Positions 22,901-36,412 of a DNA stretch of 45,557 bases are shown here, piece after piece. Numbering within the stretch: position 1 is the stretch's first letter; the number at the start of each line of letters is the position of its first letter. Under the pieces are notes generated by a model that made no database searches, was not told the origin of the DNA, and was given only the letters and a program-made list of their open reading frames with translations. A program made the translations under genes and the position numbers. Origin of the DNA: Catajapyx aquilonaris (Eukaryota); the NCBI GenBank assembly GCA_000934665.2, contig JYFJ02003165.1, positions 1-45,557 on the forward strand, read 5' to 3'.

Positions 22901-25900
22901 TAAACAAAATTAAGTGAACATGCACATTCCAAGACGATTAAACATGTAAGGGTCCGATTTTATTAACTAAGTGAGCTCCATAAAACCGGTCCTCGAATGA
23001 GATTTTCCCAAAGGAGGGCAGAATTGTGGCACGCCACAATGCGCAGGAACTATCCCGAAAAATGAGGATGCGTCGCACGTACTGCGCAGCCTCAATTAGG
23101 AAATAATCTGCGCAATACTGCAGTAAAATGTAATGAATATTTTTTATTTATTCGATAAGCGCATAATATTCAACGGGAAATTTTGTAAGGAGTTGTCTTC
23201 ACGTCTTTGAGAGGAAAGTAGGAGAGGCGAAACTAGTCACCCATCACCGTGACGTTAAGTATGAACCTAAATCACCATCTTCCTGCCTTCAATAGACATC
23301 TTGTTACGTCACGGCCGCATTATCCTGTAATTTGCCTGAAATTGAATAGCCTTGAAGGAGCGGTGGGAGATCTATCATTATTTGTCTCGTTATTTGGCTT
23401 AATTGTTGTTGAACTTATAAGTAAGGGTTAAAGTCGAATTATCTTCCCAAAGTTTTAGTGTATAGCCTTCAACTATCTTTTTAACAGTGCCGTAAATAAC
23501 TGGCAGGCTTTTGGCCTCATTTGTTCCTCACGAAAACAATATAATGACAGGTGGAAAGAACAAAAAAAAAAAAAAGTCATTTAAGCTTATCTATGAACAC
23601 CTTGAAACCTGTAGGGGGAAAATTGGTTTTTGCCTTTTTCTGTACATTCAAGGTGCTCACTTTGCATTTGACGTAATGTTGTAGTACCAATGTTAGTAAA
23701 CCGTGTGGAAAGCGCTAAATTCTTGTTTGTGTGGGAATGAGAACGAGTTATACGTACATTAAAAAAAAAGTGTATAAGGAAGTCATCCGCATGTATATTC
23801 ATTTTGCGCAAGTCGAGACATTGAGGTCATTGAAAGTGAGTGCGGCCTTGAAGGAATAAATTGAGCTCGAAGCTATCTGTTAACGATGGTCACCGCTTTT
23901 TTTTCATTTTCAGATTATTATTAGAGAGTGATCTAGCAGTATATGGATATTGTATAGATAAAAGCGAGAAAAGTGAATTGCTTTAGGGGTGGTCCTAACA
24001 GCTCCCATGTCTCGGTGTGGTCGTGTACTCTGGTTGGACATACCAGTCGTGCCAATACGATACAGTATAGGAAAATGGGGCCACGGCCGCAACTGGAGGC
24101 ATGAATTGTAAATCGGCCTTTTTGCAAATACTTAAAGAATGTGACATGTGTGAAAATATAGAGGTCAATGCTGGTCAAGCATTTTTGCAGAGATTTAAAT
24201 GTGATTTGGTTACAGCAGGTGGGAAATATTCCCAGATTTTATTAGCAGCTTATGGACCGTGGGATTTATTCCCATTATATTCAATCAAAATTAGGTCTAC
24301 CAAATAGAAATTAGCTCTACATTTCATTTATTAGCTTCAACCTTGAGTTCCGTAATTTATACACGGTACTCTCATGACGTGGGGTATCATCTTGCAGGCG
24401 GGTTGATGATGATGAGAAGAGAAAGTACACTGTGCATTATATCCAATGGTCATCTAACAGGAACATATGACCGCACAATACCGGTGCTGGGTATAAATAG
24501 CGCTTCCGTAGCATCGAAAGCAGTTACATGTGTATTCCTCAACATGTCCGCTGGAAAAATTTCATTGAAATTTTTTTTTGGTGTGAATATAGCGGTGCGT
24601 AATGCGTAACAGTACCGCACCACCCTTTTATGTAATGGGGTCGATTACTTAGGGCGGCCTGGTGTAATGCGGCTTGTTTTCTAGGGCGTGAGAAGAAACC
24701 TAAGGAGAGTGTTGCACTTTTTTTTTGTGTGTGGTGTTGGTTAGTTGCAGCGGATGCATCGTGTTGCACCAGCCAGTTTGAGGCCATCAATTATAACGTC
24801 TCGGTGTTTTGGACCCATTTTTTGACTAGTCGTGATTTTCTTCATATAAACTAAAGAGACAACGCCCCCACCAGTTTGCTCATTACAAGTTTTCACTGCG
24901 GGGTATTGGACTGGATGCGGTAACGGGTTTGCTTGCACCCATCCCATCCCCGACTAATTATGCATCATTACGGACACGAACTATGCGGCTGGTGTCCTGG
25001 GTGTTTTTGGTATGACCCCCGCAGGGTGTGTATTTACACCTGCGAGTATCAGCCGTCGGATTTATTACGCGAGGTTGTGAAATGTGATACGTTTCTTTCA
25101 TGCCCCACGGCCGGTGTTTGATACTGATATGTAAGGTGTCTGTTTTCATTCAGACGGTTATTTTTTCACTAGCAGGTAACCCGTTCTTCCTAGTTGAATA
25201 AAATGGACACGAAATTGGCATTAAATGAGTATAAGATGGGAAAACAAGCAAACAATACCCAACCATTAGTTCAACACCAACCTGGACAAACAAACAAACA
25301 TTGCCTTTTATACAATTATTTTGTTTTAAAAAAATTTGCTCAGTAAGTGAACCGGATTTGATATATGCAATTGGAGCATTTCCTCAGGATGTAGGAGGGT
25401 CAAGGAAATGGGTTTTGGGTGACAGTAGTTGTCAGCAACATGCCGAATCAAAAGCTGATCGTGCGATACGGCCTGGTCTGACCGGGCGTTACTATCCGAT
25501 CAGCTTGAAAGTGAGAGTTCAGGATTCCGCGCTGCCATTTTTATTGCTCCAGACTGTAGCCTGTGGGGCCCTTCCCATTGTGTATGGTCCTGGAGTCTGG
25601 CTGATTTTTAAAAGGAGTGACTAACCTGTACATACAGGGTGGTACACTTCTTCAGACACTCCCAAATTCAACTTGAAGCATGATTTTAATGAGAAAATTA
25701 GTGCGCGGGAAGTAGTGTACCACCCTGTATGTTACTCCCGGGTCTATGAACGGTTGTCGGCATCGATTGGGAAGCAAAAGCAGGTCCCCTGTTTTCATCT
25801 CCTGCTGCCAGGTGGGATGAGCACTGGCAGGGCCTGGGAGCCCAGAAGAGAAAGAGGGGGCGGGGGTGGTGGGAATTGAGTGGGGGGGGGCAGGTGAGGG

Positions 25901-27045
25901 GCAAAGTCCGCGCGCGCATGGACATGGGCTGGTGCCATCGGCCCCGGACTCTTCTATGGCTCCCCCAGCCAGCTTTTGATACTTTGCTATACCACCATTA
26001 GGCTGGAAGTGCACTCGACCTCTTTGGAGGAAAATTTTGCAAACAAAAAATTCTGCGAATTTTTTGGGGGCCGAATACCATATAGTATGTAGTCACGAGT
26101 GCCTGTTCCTTTTTGCCTTTTATGTCACTATCTCATACGGGGGTTTGGCAAGGACGTTCAGGACAACTGTAGCGCATAATAGGAGTTTGCATGATCTGAG
26201 AAGGTTGATGTAGGGACAAGATATCGCGTGTTCATGGCTTGGCTCTATGTGAATTCCAGTGACACCTGGTTAACAGTCATGTGTGGTAATCATGGACACA
26301 AAAAAATGCTCCCACAACCCATGAATACAATAACGCACATAAATAAGCAGATGGCGGTGATATGAAAGAACTATTTACCATTAATGTTATACATTTGCTT
26401 GTGCATTAACGGTATTTCAACGGGAAGTTAAGGAGATGATTTCTGTCAGTCTTGCCAAGCCACAATTTAGTAGCCGGCAGGAACATTTTTTTTTTGTTTA
26501 CAAGAATTTGTGAGTGCGTGTTGATGCCTGGTTTGTTTCCGTTGAAATACAGACGCGGAAAAAACTTTAAGCACCTCCCGGATAAAGGATGAAGCAATAC
26601 GGTGCAACGACACCAGGAAAGTGTCAACTGACTCACCTTGCAGGTGTTGAAAACCGTTTTTTTTTCACAGGGTGTTCCGCCTTGCTCTAAACTGCGAAAC
26701 CAATCGTCGTGACAGATATTCAGATACCGGTATTGCCCTAACATTTTTGTGGCTTTCCCGATGGCCTTAAACAAGAAACGTCATATAGATAACGTAATCA
26801 TGATATCAAGGTTTCTATATAATAAAATTTTTAGTATATTATGTTAGATGTTTTATCTCATGACCAATGTTACACCGCGCATGTGAACGAACCTGTAAAT
26901 TTTTTTTTTCCCCCCTCATGCTTTTCTTCTTTTTCAACCTTGCCATCTCCAGAAGAGATCTAATCAACGTCGGAACAGTGTAAGAGACACGAAACATAGG
27001 AAGTCAGTTTTGAAGTTTACAGCAGTAAGCTTAAGCAGTGAAAGT

Positions 27046-27134
27046 ATGTGCAGAACAGAAATGGCCGCTGGAGGGGCAAGGTTGAGGCTGGCCGTTGGCT
27101 TGACAAGGGGCCACCACCGCCAGAAGGGGGGTGG
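27046..27134 (+). CDS. Candidate alternative first coding exon (MCRTEMAAGGARLRLAVGLTRGHHRQKGG), phase 2
   Basis: Initiator TCAGTT at 27004, ATG 27046, donor GG|GTAGGT at 27135; no homology recognised. Confidence 0.3.
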
Positions 27135-30100
27135 GTAGGTGGTAAAGAGAAGAGGGGTGGTTGGACCACGGCCGCTGACCCCTACTCTTCTGCTGCTTCT
27201 TCGTCTTCGGCTACTCCTCATAGGTGTAGGTAGGTTAGAGGGTTGGGCTCCATCACCACTGCAACCCACGCCAGCCACACATTGATGGGAGCTCGGGCCC
27301 ATTGAACCCTCACCATGGTAAAAAGAAAGAGGAATAACAACCACAAAAAAAATGATATATAGAAGAGAGTATGGAGCATATAGGGATGAATTGGTGACGC
27401 GATCCAGGCCTCCCTCGGCAGGTATTTGCATACAATCGAGGGGGCCAGCAGCCAAGGACACCTGTAGGGTGGGACGTGATGAAAATGGGTTACTTACGCA
27501 CTTGCTACATGTCAGTTGTGGCAATGCCAGCTAGGAATTGAAGCAAGGTGCCAATAGGTGAGGGCCAATCAAAAAGTCTGACACCTTAATTTTTTCATAC
27601 CATTCATAGTCGGTTAGCCAACTGCATAACCAGAACTTGATTCATATTAATTAATTCATATTTAAAAACATATGTTTGGAAAGTGTATGATTTTCGTGGG
27701 GCTTTCTGCACATATGAATGTTTCTCAAGTGTATAGTCTGCACGAGCCAGGGATATATGTGGCCATCAGATTGACTTAAATTGTGCGTTAAGTAGACAGT
27801 TACCTGGCAGGTATGGCGTGGTTTGCTCTGCCTAAATGAGCCGTTGCCCAAGAGCGGCTAAAATATAATTGCTGTTTATTTGACATTTTGCAGTTGGTAT
27901 TATTATTAGGGGGAATGAAAGGAGGAAGTGTAGTGTCAGCTGGATGAGTGACACAAATAGGTGCGATAAAAGGCGGTCGGATGACAAACAAAAGTGACAT
28001 ATCGTGCTTGGATGACCGTCAGTTGCAATGGACCTGTTATGTAATATTGGTGATTGGACACCGGAAGTAATGGCGCCATGTCACGATAATAATATTCTGG
28101 CAATAAGCCGCTCAAATTTTTTGGAAAATCACTTTAACCTACCTATGCTAATTTCAATAAATTTAGTTGAACAGAAGTGATTCAGGGCTGGTTTTTTTTT
28201 ACATTTTAAAAAGTGATAGACGTATCTGCCATTATTTTAATTCAGAAAAAAATGGGAGATGTAACCTGTTGAAACTATCACTTTTACTGCCACTGGATGT
28301 CTTGTATGTAATGGCTTAAAATCCTTCCGACATGCGGCGGATTCACATTCTTCGATAAAAGATAGGCTACTGGGCTTCAATCCTGTTTCATTTTTTTGTT
28401 GTTGTATATATTCCCCCTCCGCATTTTTAAACCCCCCCCCCCCTTTTTTTTCTCTACCTCCAACGTATTACCGGTATTAAGAATATCTAGAGGCCAGGGC
28501 CCCATGGCTGTAAAATACCGGTCATCATTACCAACTTCCTCGTTGGTAAACACATCGTGTGGTCAAGTCAATGCTCTATTACGTCACAACTTCCCCAGCT
28601 TACAAACAGTTTGAAAAAGAAGAAGAATTTTTTTTATTCCCATTCTTTTTTTTCTTTGCATGTCTTATAAGTTGGCGGGAATAAAATAGTGGGGTCCTGA
28701 GCACGTTCTTTTCCCTCCAGAATTGGCCTGTCCTGCGACTTTGACAAGAGGTTCTCAAATGCAAGACAAGCCTGACTGGTCCGAGCAAAGTAACGATTTC
28801 GTTCGAGAAGAAGATTGCTCATGGTCCACTTAGGATTCTTGCCCAACAGGACCATATACTGTAGGTGTCGTCTTGGGGGCTCAAGATACGCCTTTTTTTT
28901 GGTGGTCGGCATATATTTTGCGATGGTAAATGTGCGTAGGGGGGGCTTTCCCCAGAATAAAAAGGATATTGCCACAATGAACATGTTGTACATGCGAAAT
29001 AGCCTTTTTATGTGTGAAGCCAGCGTGTGGTGTAATTTGCTCATAGGTCGCGACAATAATATTTTCTGCAAATTTGCATGCCGGAACTCACTCTGTACAG
29101 ACCAGTCTTTGTATGTGGGCGAATTACCAATATTGTTCATGTGACTTATGACTAACCGTCGATATAAAGGCGTGCATTGTGCAAAAACTAATGGAATGAA
29201 GGAGGTGGCCTCGTCCTTGCGTGGCCCCACCTATAAATTAGCAGGCTATTCATTAGCAGGTGTGCAACTGGACAAACAATGCTACTCAAAAAGCCCGGTC
29301 CTTTAATTGTCTTGAGAGCCTGGGACAAAAAGGGGGAGCTTAAGACAACGTGAATCGGCACAGTCTGCACTTCACATGCTGATACTGTAGTTGGTGTAGT
29401 GTACTGAAGCAATATTCTATACGAATAATTGCGAATTAATTTGCAAAAATATAACTTGCAATGTTTAGCTTATGACAGTTTGTAATGTCACATTTTGTCG
29501 ATTTAAAGCTAGAAAATTACTAGACGAATGTGTAAAAATTTTAAACGAGTTTGTGATCGGATGTTTTCGAATGTAGCAAGAGTATAAATTGCTGAAACTG
29601 GCACTGAAATTAATTACGGGAGCATTTCGAGTCACTAATTAAGCGAAATAATTTTTTCCCTTCACGTTAGTTACCTCTTTAACAAACAAGTCAGAGATCC
29701 GCTACCTTTTGTAACAAAAAAAATTTTCAGAGCTGGAATTTGGCAAAACAATCGTGGGCTTCGCTCGGTTTTTCTAGAGCACCGCACGCGATATTTAAAT
29801 GTATGACGTGCACTGACCAATCGAAATCTCTGCGCATTCCGGGTAATTATAAGTGCACTTTTTTCCCCCCTTAACCCCCTCCAACTCATTCTATGTACAG
29901 TTAGATTCCGTGATAACGGCCTCGTTTTATGAATCTAGCTGAAGGTAAAAGAAAAAGAGGAATGGGGCGACTTTATGGTCTGAATGTATGGAGCCCTATA
30001 GTCGTGATCTCATGAAATGATTGCAGGCTCACGTAAGATTTAAAAAAAGCAAGTATCTCCTTTCCTCGAAACGAAAGTGAAAACACCTCAAGGAATTTCC

Positions 30101-33100
30101 TGCAGTGTTATACACACACACTTTGGATCGATTGATCACCTTACGTGCTAACCACGTCGATATCCCCCATTTTTATCGGTTTCATGCTGGGTACATACAC
30201 CTCGCCTGCCAAACATTTGACCAATGAACTTCCAACAGAATGAAAATTGCTACCTAGGCTTACATCCTGTTTTTTTTGTATGTCGTAAGATGAGTTTTCA
30301 CAGAGGGTATTCCCCTGCTCAATTAAAAATCCGGTGGGGGTGTTGATTATACGTTCGGTGTGATCCATGTTTATTAGGGTTCGATTGTGGCAAGGACAGT
30401 ATGATCCTTTCTGTTGATTAAGGTTTCATTTTAGCCGAAGGATGCGGAGTAAATCAGCGAAACAAAACGCATGGGCAAGTTATGTGGCATCGAAAAAATA
30501 TGATGTATTATAATAGGAGTAATAAATTATCGATACGTGACTGTAGATATCAGTTTAGATAATTATAATGTGGTATATCGAATTCAGTGTTCAACTCCAT
30601 GGTCAAACACTGAGCTACCTGTTATTTTTGAATGTTTTTTATATTATGGGTCTTTTGCTCTAAAAATCGAATTGAATGATTTTAAAGAAATATATTAATC
30701 CAATGGTGCCATGAAACTCAAAAATTATTTGTAGCAATTACATTTTCTCTCCCTGAAAAAGGGCCACCAGGCATGTGCCCTTTGAGGATCATATTCTTCG
30801 CTCAATTTTGACCATCTGGGCCTTTGGCTCCAAGAATCGACGAGTAATTTTAAAGAGAAATATTAATTTAAAAATTAAGGAAATTAAGCCAAATTTAGAA
30901 TTTCAGAATGTATGGCAGTGATTATTATCTATCTGAAAACTGGTCACCCATTGAGTATAATATTAATGCTTAGCTCAATTTTGACCAAAATTTTGTTCAG
31001 CATTTTAGATGTACATATGAGAGAGAGAAAACTGATCAAAAAAATATGAATAAATTCGAACGTGTTGATCAGAACTCGATCGTCCCACGTCCTCTGGAAC
31101 ATCATTACCTCCCGGAGCTCTTTCGCAAGTTCCATAATAACCAAAGTTATAATCAGTTTGCAGAACTCAATTTTTAACACATTAAAGGCCCTGGTAACAA
31201 ATATTCACTACACGACCTACGCTCTGTATATAAACTTTTGCCAATATTTTTTAAACCCATGGTCCCTGTTAACTGTGAACAGTTTTCAATAACTTCCAAA
31301 ACTTTCGGGGACCTGGTAGGATTTAAGTTAATTTAGGAAAGTCCCCCCCCCCCCCNCCCCACTGTTTTAGGTGGAGGTGACCACTCTTCTTTACCATTCC
31401 CGAGTTTGTGCCACGAATATTTTCGTTCTTTTTTGGAGTCTCCTGGACCCCAAGGGAGAAGCAAGCCACGGGGTCTTTCCAACCCCCAATTGGGGCATAA
31501 ATTTTGCAGCGGAAGCTTTTGATAAAGCCCCGCTTCATTTCCCGGTTTGCATACCGAAAATTGCGTGGATGATGGAGGCAGGGACATAGAGGTGGTGGGG
31601 GAGGTTTGCAAAAAAAAATGTAGAATGGAAAAAGTGTATATTCCAACTGCTAGTTTTTGGACGTTAAATTTTACTTGCTCTGCCATTTTTTTATACTCTG
31701 GGGCTTGCAAACTCGGTTATCGTTTGTTAGAGGCTCAGGAGAGTCATGCATAATTGTGTTATTGGCCAGGAATATGGCGTACAAAATGAGGTAGCTACAG
31801 TAGAAAGCATACCTCGGGAGTAAATTAAATATAAATAAATAAACACTGCATTTTGCGAATGGTATTTTAATAACATATTGTATTCTAATTCTGGGCAAAC
31901 TTCCAAGCGAATCCAGCCAGGATCATTTAACATCATGAGAAACACTTGTCTGGTTCTAATAAATTACCTGGTTGCACAACATGATGGATGCCGCCGCATG
32001 CCGAATTCCCCACGTAGCTTTTTCTTATCTACACTTGCGATCCTGTAGGTCTGACAAGACCAGTGTCCTTGCATCTTCTTAGAGAATAAAAAAAAGGCCA
32101 AAAGAAAAGGAGAGTGCGTAAGATGAGAGATGGAAATTACACCCAATTTATTCACGCCACGCTTCTCGAATTGCTGTGCTATCAAGTTTTTTTTTGCGTG
32201 GTTGTTAAGATGGGCAGGTTTTCTTAGTAATGTGATAAGTCGGTTATGCATGTCGATATGTGATACTGATCTGAAACTAAACCCCCTTTTTTTGCGCTCG
32301 GTCAAGTAGACAATGCGTTTTAGCTTGCTACACAGATCTCAATCGTTGCCCCCCGAAGGAATCGTAAAGCCTCGAGGGGCTTAACATGAATTGTTTCATG
32401 CATGAAAGCGAAGAGTTGAAGTGAGAGTGCATGTAAGTATTGTGCAACCTGATTTACGCCCAAGTGGCGTGCATATTTTTGAGTCATAAAAAGTCAAATG
32501 ACGACTTAAGGAGCAAATATTCGTAATTGGGCACTAAGTGGGCGGTTCCAAGTTCATTTTTTTAAACACTTATGCTAGAAACGGATGTTGAAGATTAGAC
32601 ATGCGCACGATAGCTGAATAGTGACATAATTAGCTGAGGGTAATAAAAAGTGGGAAGTTTCATATAAGATCGATTAATTTTTGTATCAATTTATTGGCGT
32701 GAAAAATAATCACACTCTGAAAGTATATGCACGTGCCATTAGCTTATTAGGGTCACACTTTATAATACCAATGTCTTAATTTATGACTATTAGTCACGTT
32801 TATTGTTGTATAACCCTGCTCTACTGTGCAGCATACAAAAAATGGACAATTTTGTTTTTATCTCTACATGAAATGTAAAGAAAATTGTGCACTTCCTCCG
32901 CCATATTTGTAGGGCATTATTCAGATATTTATTCCCTCTAAAAGTCAAAATGGTGTGTAAGGCGTCAAATACTGTAAATAAACGAACAGCATGTTCAGAC
33001 ACATTTCTCCTCAAAAGGAGCCATGTTGAGTCCGATTCCAACAAGTGGTGTTTCCAAGTGCGTGACGGTGTCGAGTGTGTGTGTGTGTGAGAAAAAAACA

Positions 33101-33970
33101 CATCTAGAGAAAAAAAAAAGTCCTAGAGGGTTGGTTGGTCTGGCCCCATGAGTGTGGGTGGTCATCAGCATTCGAGCTGCGTTTGGACCACTCCCTTTAC
33201 GTCTTGGACTACTGAACTGGCTCCTGAAGCCTCCCAAACATAGAGGCCGGACCACGGAGGCGTTGCACGTCGACCGAATTAGTAAGGCGAGAAGCATAGT
33301 AATGAAACCATTATACACCTGCTGGACTGGAGAAGACCATAAATTTCATTTTTTATATATATTCAAAAGTACTATATATGGATATTGAATAAGAAACGAA
33401 CGGTGCTCTCCCCGGAAGTGTTTTCCACATCAGTAGTTTTACCAAATTATTACTCCCCCCATTTAAATAACGGATTATTATTGATGTACTTAGGCAACAA
33501 TGGCGGTTCAACTTTTGTTGTGCGGTGAGAGATCTTTTGTACAAGCCTCGTTCCGTTATTAAAGCTGATGTCGGCTGATAACATGAACTTTCGGGTATGC
33601 CAGTGAAAGTATACAGATTGTTTTAGGCATTGCACAGCATGACGCTAAAACCACGTGGGTGACGCCATTTTTGTTCGGCTCACTGGTTAAAACTGGACAC
33701 ATCGCCCCCATCATGGATAATTACTGGACAATAAGTTTGCGTGGTGCCCAACATGTGGGGCGGGGAGCAAGCCAGTTGTCTGATTAGCATGCGGAAGGGG
33801 AAGGTGGAGAGGAGGGGGGGGGGNGGTAAAAAGATCTTAAGAAAAAAGGGGGCTGGCCGCTCTTACATCTCTCTGCTCTTTTCATTTTTTCTTTTCTTTT
33901 CTTGTATATAACCCTCCTTTTAACCCGAGTCCCGCGTGGGCTTTGTAGATTGAGAAGGGCGGGCCGGGAA

Positions 33971-34221
33971 ATGATAGGTGAGACGGGGCTTTTGGGACCC
34001 AAGGTTGGTGTTTTTCCCAGGGATGGACCAGCCCTCCTAAGTAGTCGGCGGAGGGTCAGCGCTCCGGAAACTATCCAGGCGTTATTTGCATACGTGGCAC
34101 CTTCAGGCGGGGGAAGGTTTGGTTACGATATTCAGGATAGAAGAGGCGCATATTTCTCCGGGAAGAAAAACCAGACTGGAGAGACCCCAGCAATTTGCGA
34201 GCCATTCCTTGGTGTTTTGGT
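33971..34221 (+). CDS. Candidate alternative first coding exon (MIGETG...RRRVSAPET...FLGVL), phase 2
   Basis: GC-rich 83-codon open frame ending at donor GT|GTGAGT (34222); contains an RRxS motif. Confidence 0.3.
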
Positions 34222-35385
34222 GTGAGTTTTTTTTTGGAGGAGGAGGGGTGGCGATGGGTCCATTTCACACTTTTACATGTGTCAAGTACCTGTTTTTGGG
34301 GTTCGTTGGATGATGCAGGGCCTTGAGGGCGTGTTGCATAATAGGTTGTTGAATGGAGCTGGATTTTAAATATACACCTGGAATTTAGTCGTAGAAGGTC
34401 AAGAGTGCAATATTAAGTCTTCATACATTAATTGGACGCTGTTATGCAATAATGAGTCAACCCACATGAGAACAGATGAATGTCACACCTGGGAAGTTAA
34501 TTCAGTGTCCTTTTCGGTCATGTATGGCTGAAGTATGCAGATTTCCCCAGATGGATTTTAACTGAATGAAGTACGATGGGCTTAACTGATTTTTTGACAA
34601 GTTTGTGAGTTGACACATTATTGCACAACGCCGTCCGATTTCTGTACGTTCCACGTGTGAAACTATAATGTCTCAATTTTTCAAAGGATTAAACGCTAAT
34701 TACTGGCCATTTGCTTTTACGTCCTTGCACCTGACCTTTTGCGCTTGCTGTGCGCAGCAGTGATAATTATAACGTAAATTATTATGGGAGTCTTGACAAG
34801 GTCGGTTTTGTGTTAATGTCTTTAAATTGTAACCTCCCATAATTCATTTAGGAGCTCGTTAAGAGCCGGGCCTCCAAAAATAACAAGCAAGGCGCCATAA
34901 TGTTAACTTATTATTTCAGTAAATCTTGTGGCAGTACATGTGCAATAATATGTAAGTGAGTGCTTTGTGTCCTTCGTGATTCATAACTTAGGATTAACTC
35001 ATAAGTAAGTAACTTATGTCTTCTGATAGCCAAACCAGACATACCGGTTGGTTGGTGGGTGCACACACACACAAAAAAAGCAAGTAATATTGACTAGCAC
35101 AGATGAGCAGCTATTCCACTTGCAATTTCTACGATAACGTATACCTATAACACTGTAGAAGCTAATAATATTGCTGTAGCTGCGACAATTAATAAAAAGT
35201 TGTAGCTACATCGGTGTCTTCTAATGTAATTTAACACTTCTTCGATTTTTTCCCAACAATACAACACTTGAACCGTATTGCCAAAAACCTCACCCATTTG
35301 GCCACACCTCAAGAGACAACCGTGGTGTATACACGTGTGAGGTAACAGTTTAGCTGGAACCGCGCAGTCTGGCCTAGCAGTACAT

Positions 35386-35594
35386 ATGTTGGCAGCATCC
35401 CCATACCAGGACCCCCCGAAAAGTGTGGACCCAAACTGTTGTGTCGAGGGTGGGGGTACCGGTACCTTGAAAAGAATCCGCTACAAGCTTGGGAAGAATC
35501 CAAAGCATCCCTCCCTTCGACCCCGCAAGCTGGCAGGAAGTTGCAGAAGGCAGAAATTCGGGCGAAGAGATATTTTTAATCCTCAGGAAGTGTG
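35386..35594 (+). CDS. Candidate alternative first coding exon (MLAASPYQDPP...GTLKRIRYKLGK...NPQEV), phase 2
   Basis: GC-rich basic 69-codon ORF, initiator-like GCAGTC about 20 nt upstream, weak donor TG|GTAGCT at 35595. Confidence 0.25.
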
Positions 35595-36209
35595 GTAGCT
35601 TGGGTCCACACCATCCGAGTAAAAAATAGGCATAAGAAGGGTGAGAATACTGAAGGAAGAAGGTGGTGGAGAAGAAGAAAAAAAAGTTGAACATTTTTTG
35701 GAAGGAGGCTGTATCATGAGATTGTCACGGCCTTGTGATTCCTGGCGTTGTTGAGAAGGTCAGCCATTGAAACGAGACTTCCTCCGCCCATTTCCGTCTC
35801 CATTTTACAGCTTCCTTGCAATATTTGCTGTCAACTGAGACGGAACTTCAATAACGCGACAATCGGAAAAATATGTCACCTGACAGAATTTTTCATCCAC
35901 TGGACATCATTGACTTTCTGAGCTATATATTCGTGACAAGTTTGTCCTCTTCGTATGCATCACCAATTTCCACGAAACTTCAATTTGCCCTTATATGACA
36001 TATGGACCTTCGTTTTAAAGACCAATTTCACGCACTCTTTATATAGGGGGAAGGAATTGATTCTCCCTCCTTCTCTATACCTTCCCTACAGATATATGCT
36101 GGAGGGGGTTCAATAACACAACTCTAATTACTGGAAAACAGGTTGATTGCCCAGTCTAAAAGGATTGATAGGCGGGGAAGGGGGATGGTCATTGCTGGGG
36201 CTGACAAAT

Positions 36210-36412
36210 ATGGAGGTAAGTGACCCTCAGATCTCGTGAAGGGCGACCGGTAGGATTATATACCGCATTAACAAGCTGAGCAAGCAAGTCTCCCGATCCG
36301 CATCCCAAATTCAAATTTTCTCTCTCTAGTCGAGGGATGCTGGAGTTGGGTACACACACATGCCATCTGGATGCATGACCAGCTCAGGTGTGAAGGTCTT
36401 CCTGGTTGTCAG
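36210..36412 (+). CDS. Candidate two-exon alternative N-terminus join(36210-36215, 36330-36412): MESRDAGVGYTHMPSGCMTSSGVKVFLVV, phase 2
   Basis: Consensus donor GAG|GTAAGT (36216), acceptor ttttctctctctag (36329), donor CAG|GTGAGC (36413); frame stays open. Confidence 0.4.

Noticed and set aside
28634..29230. 198-aa minus-strand ORF, and the 186-aa ORF at 26964-27524
   Set aside because: Non-ATG starts, no recognisable domain, no supporting splice signals
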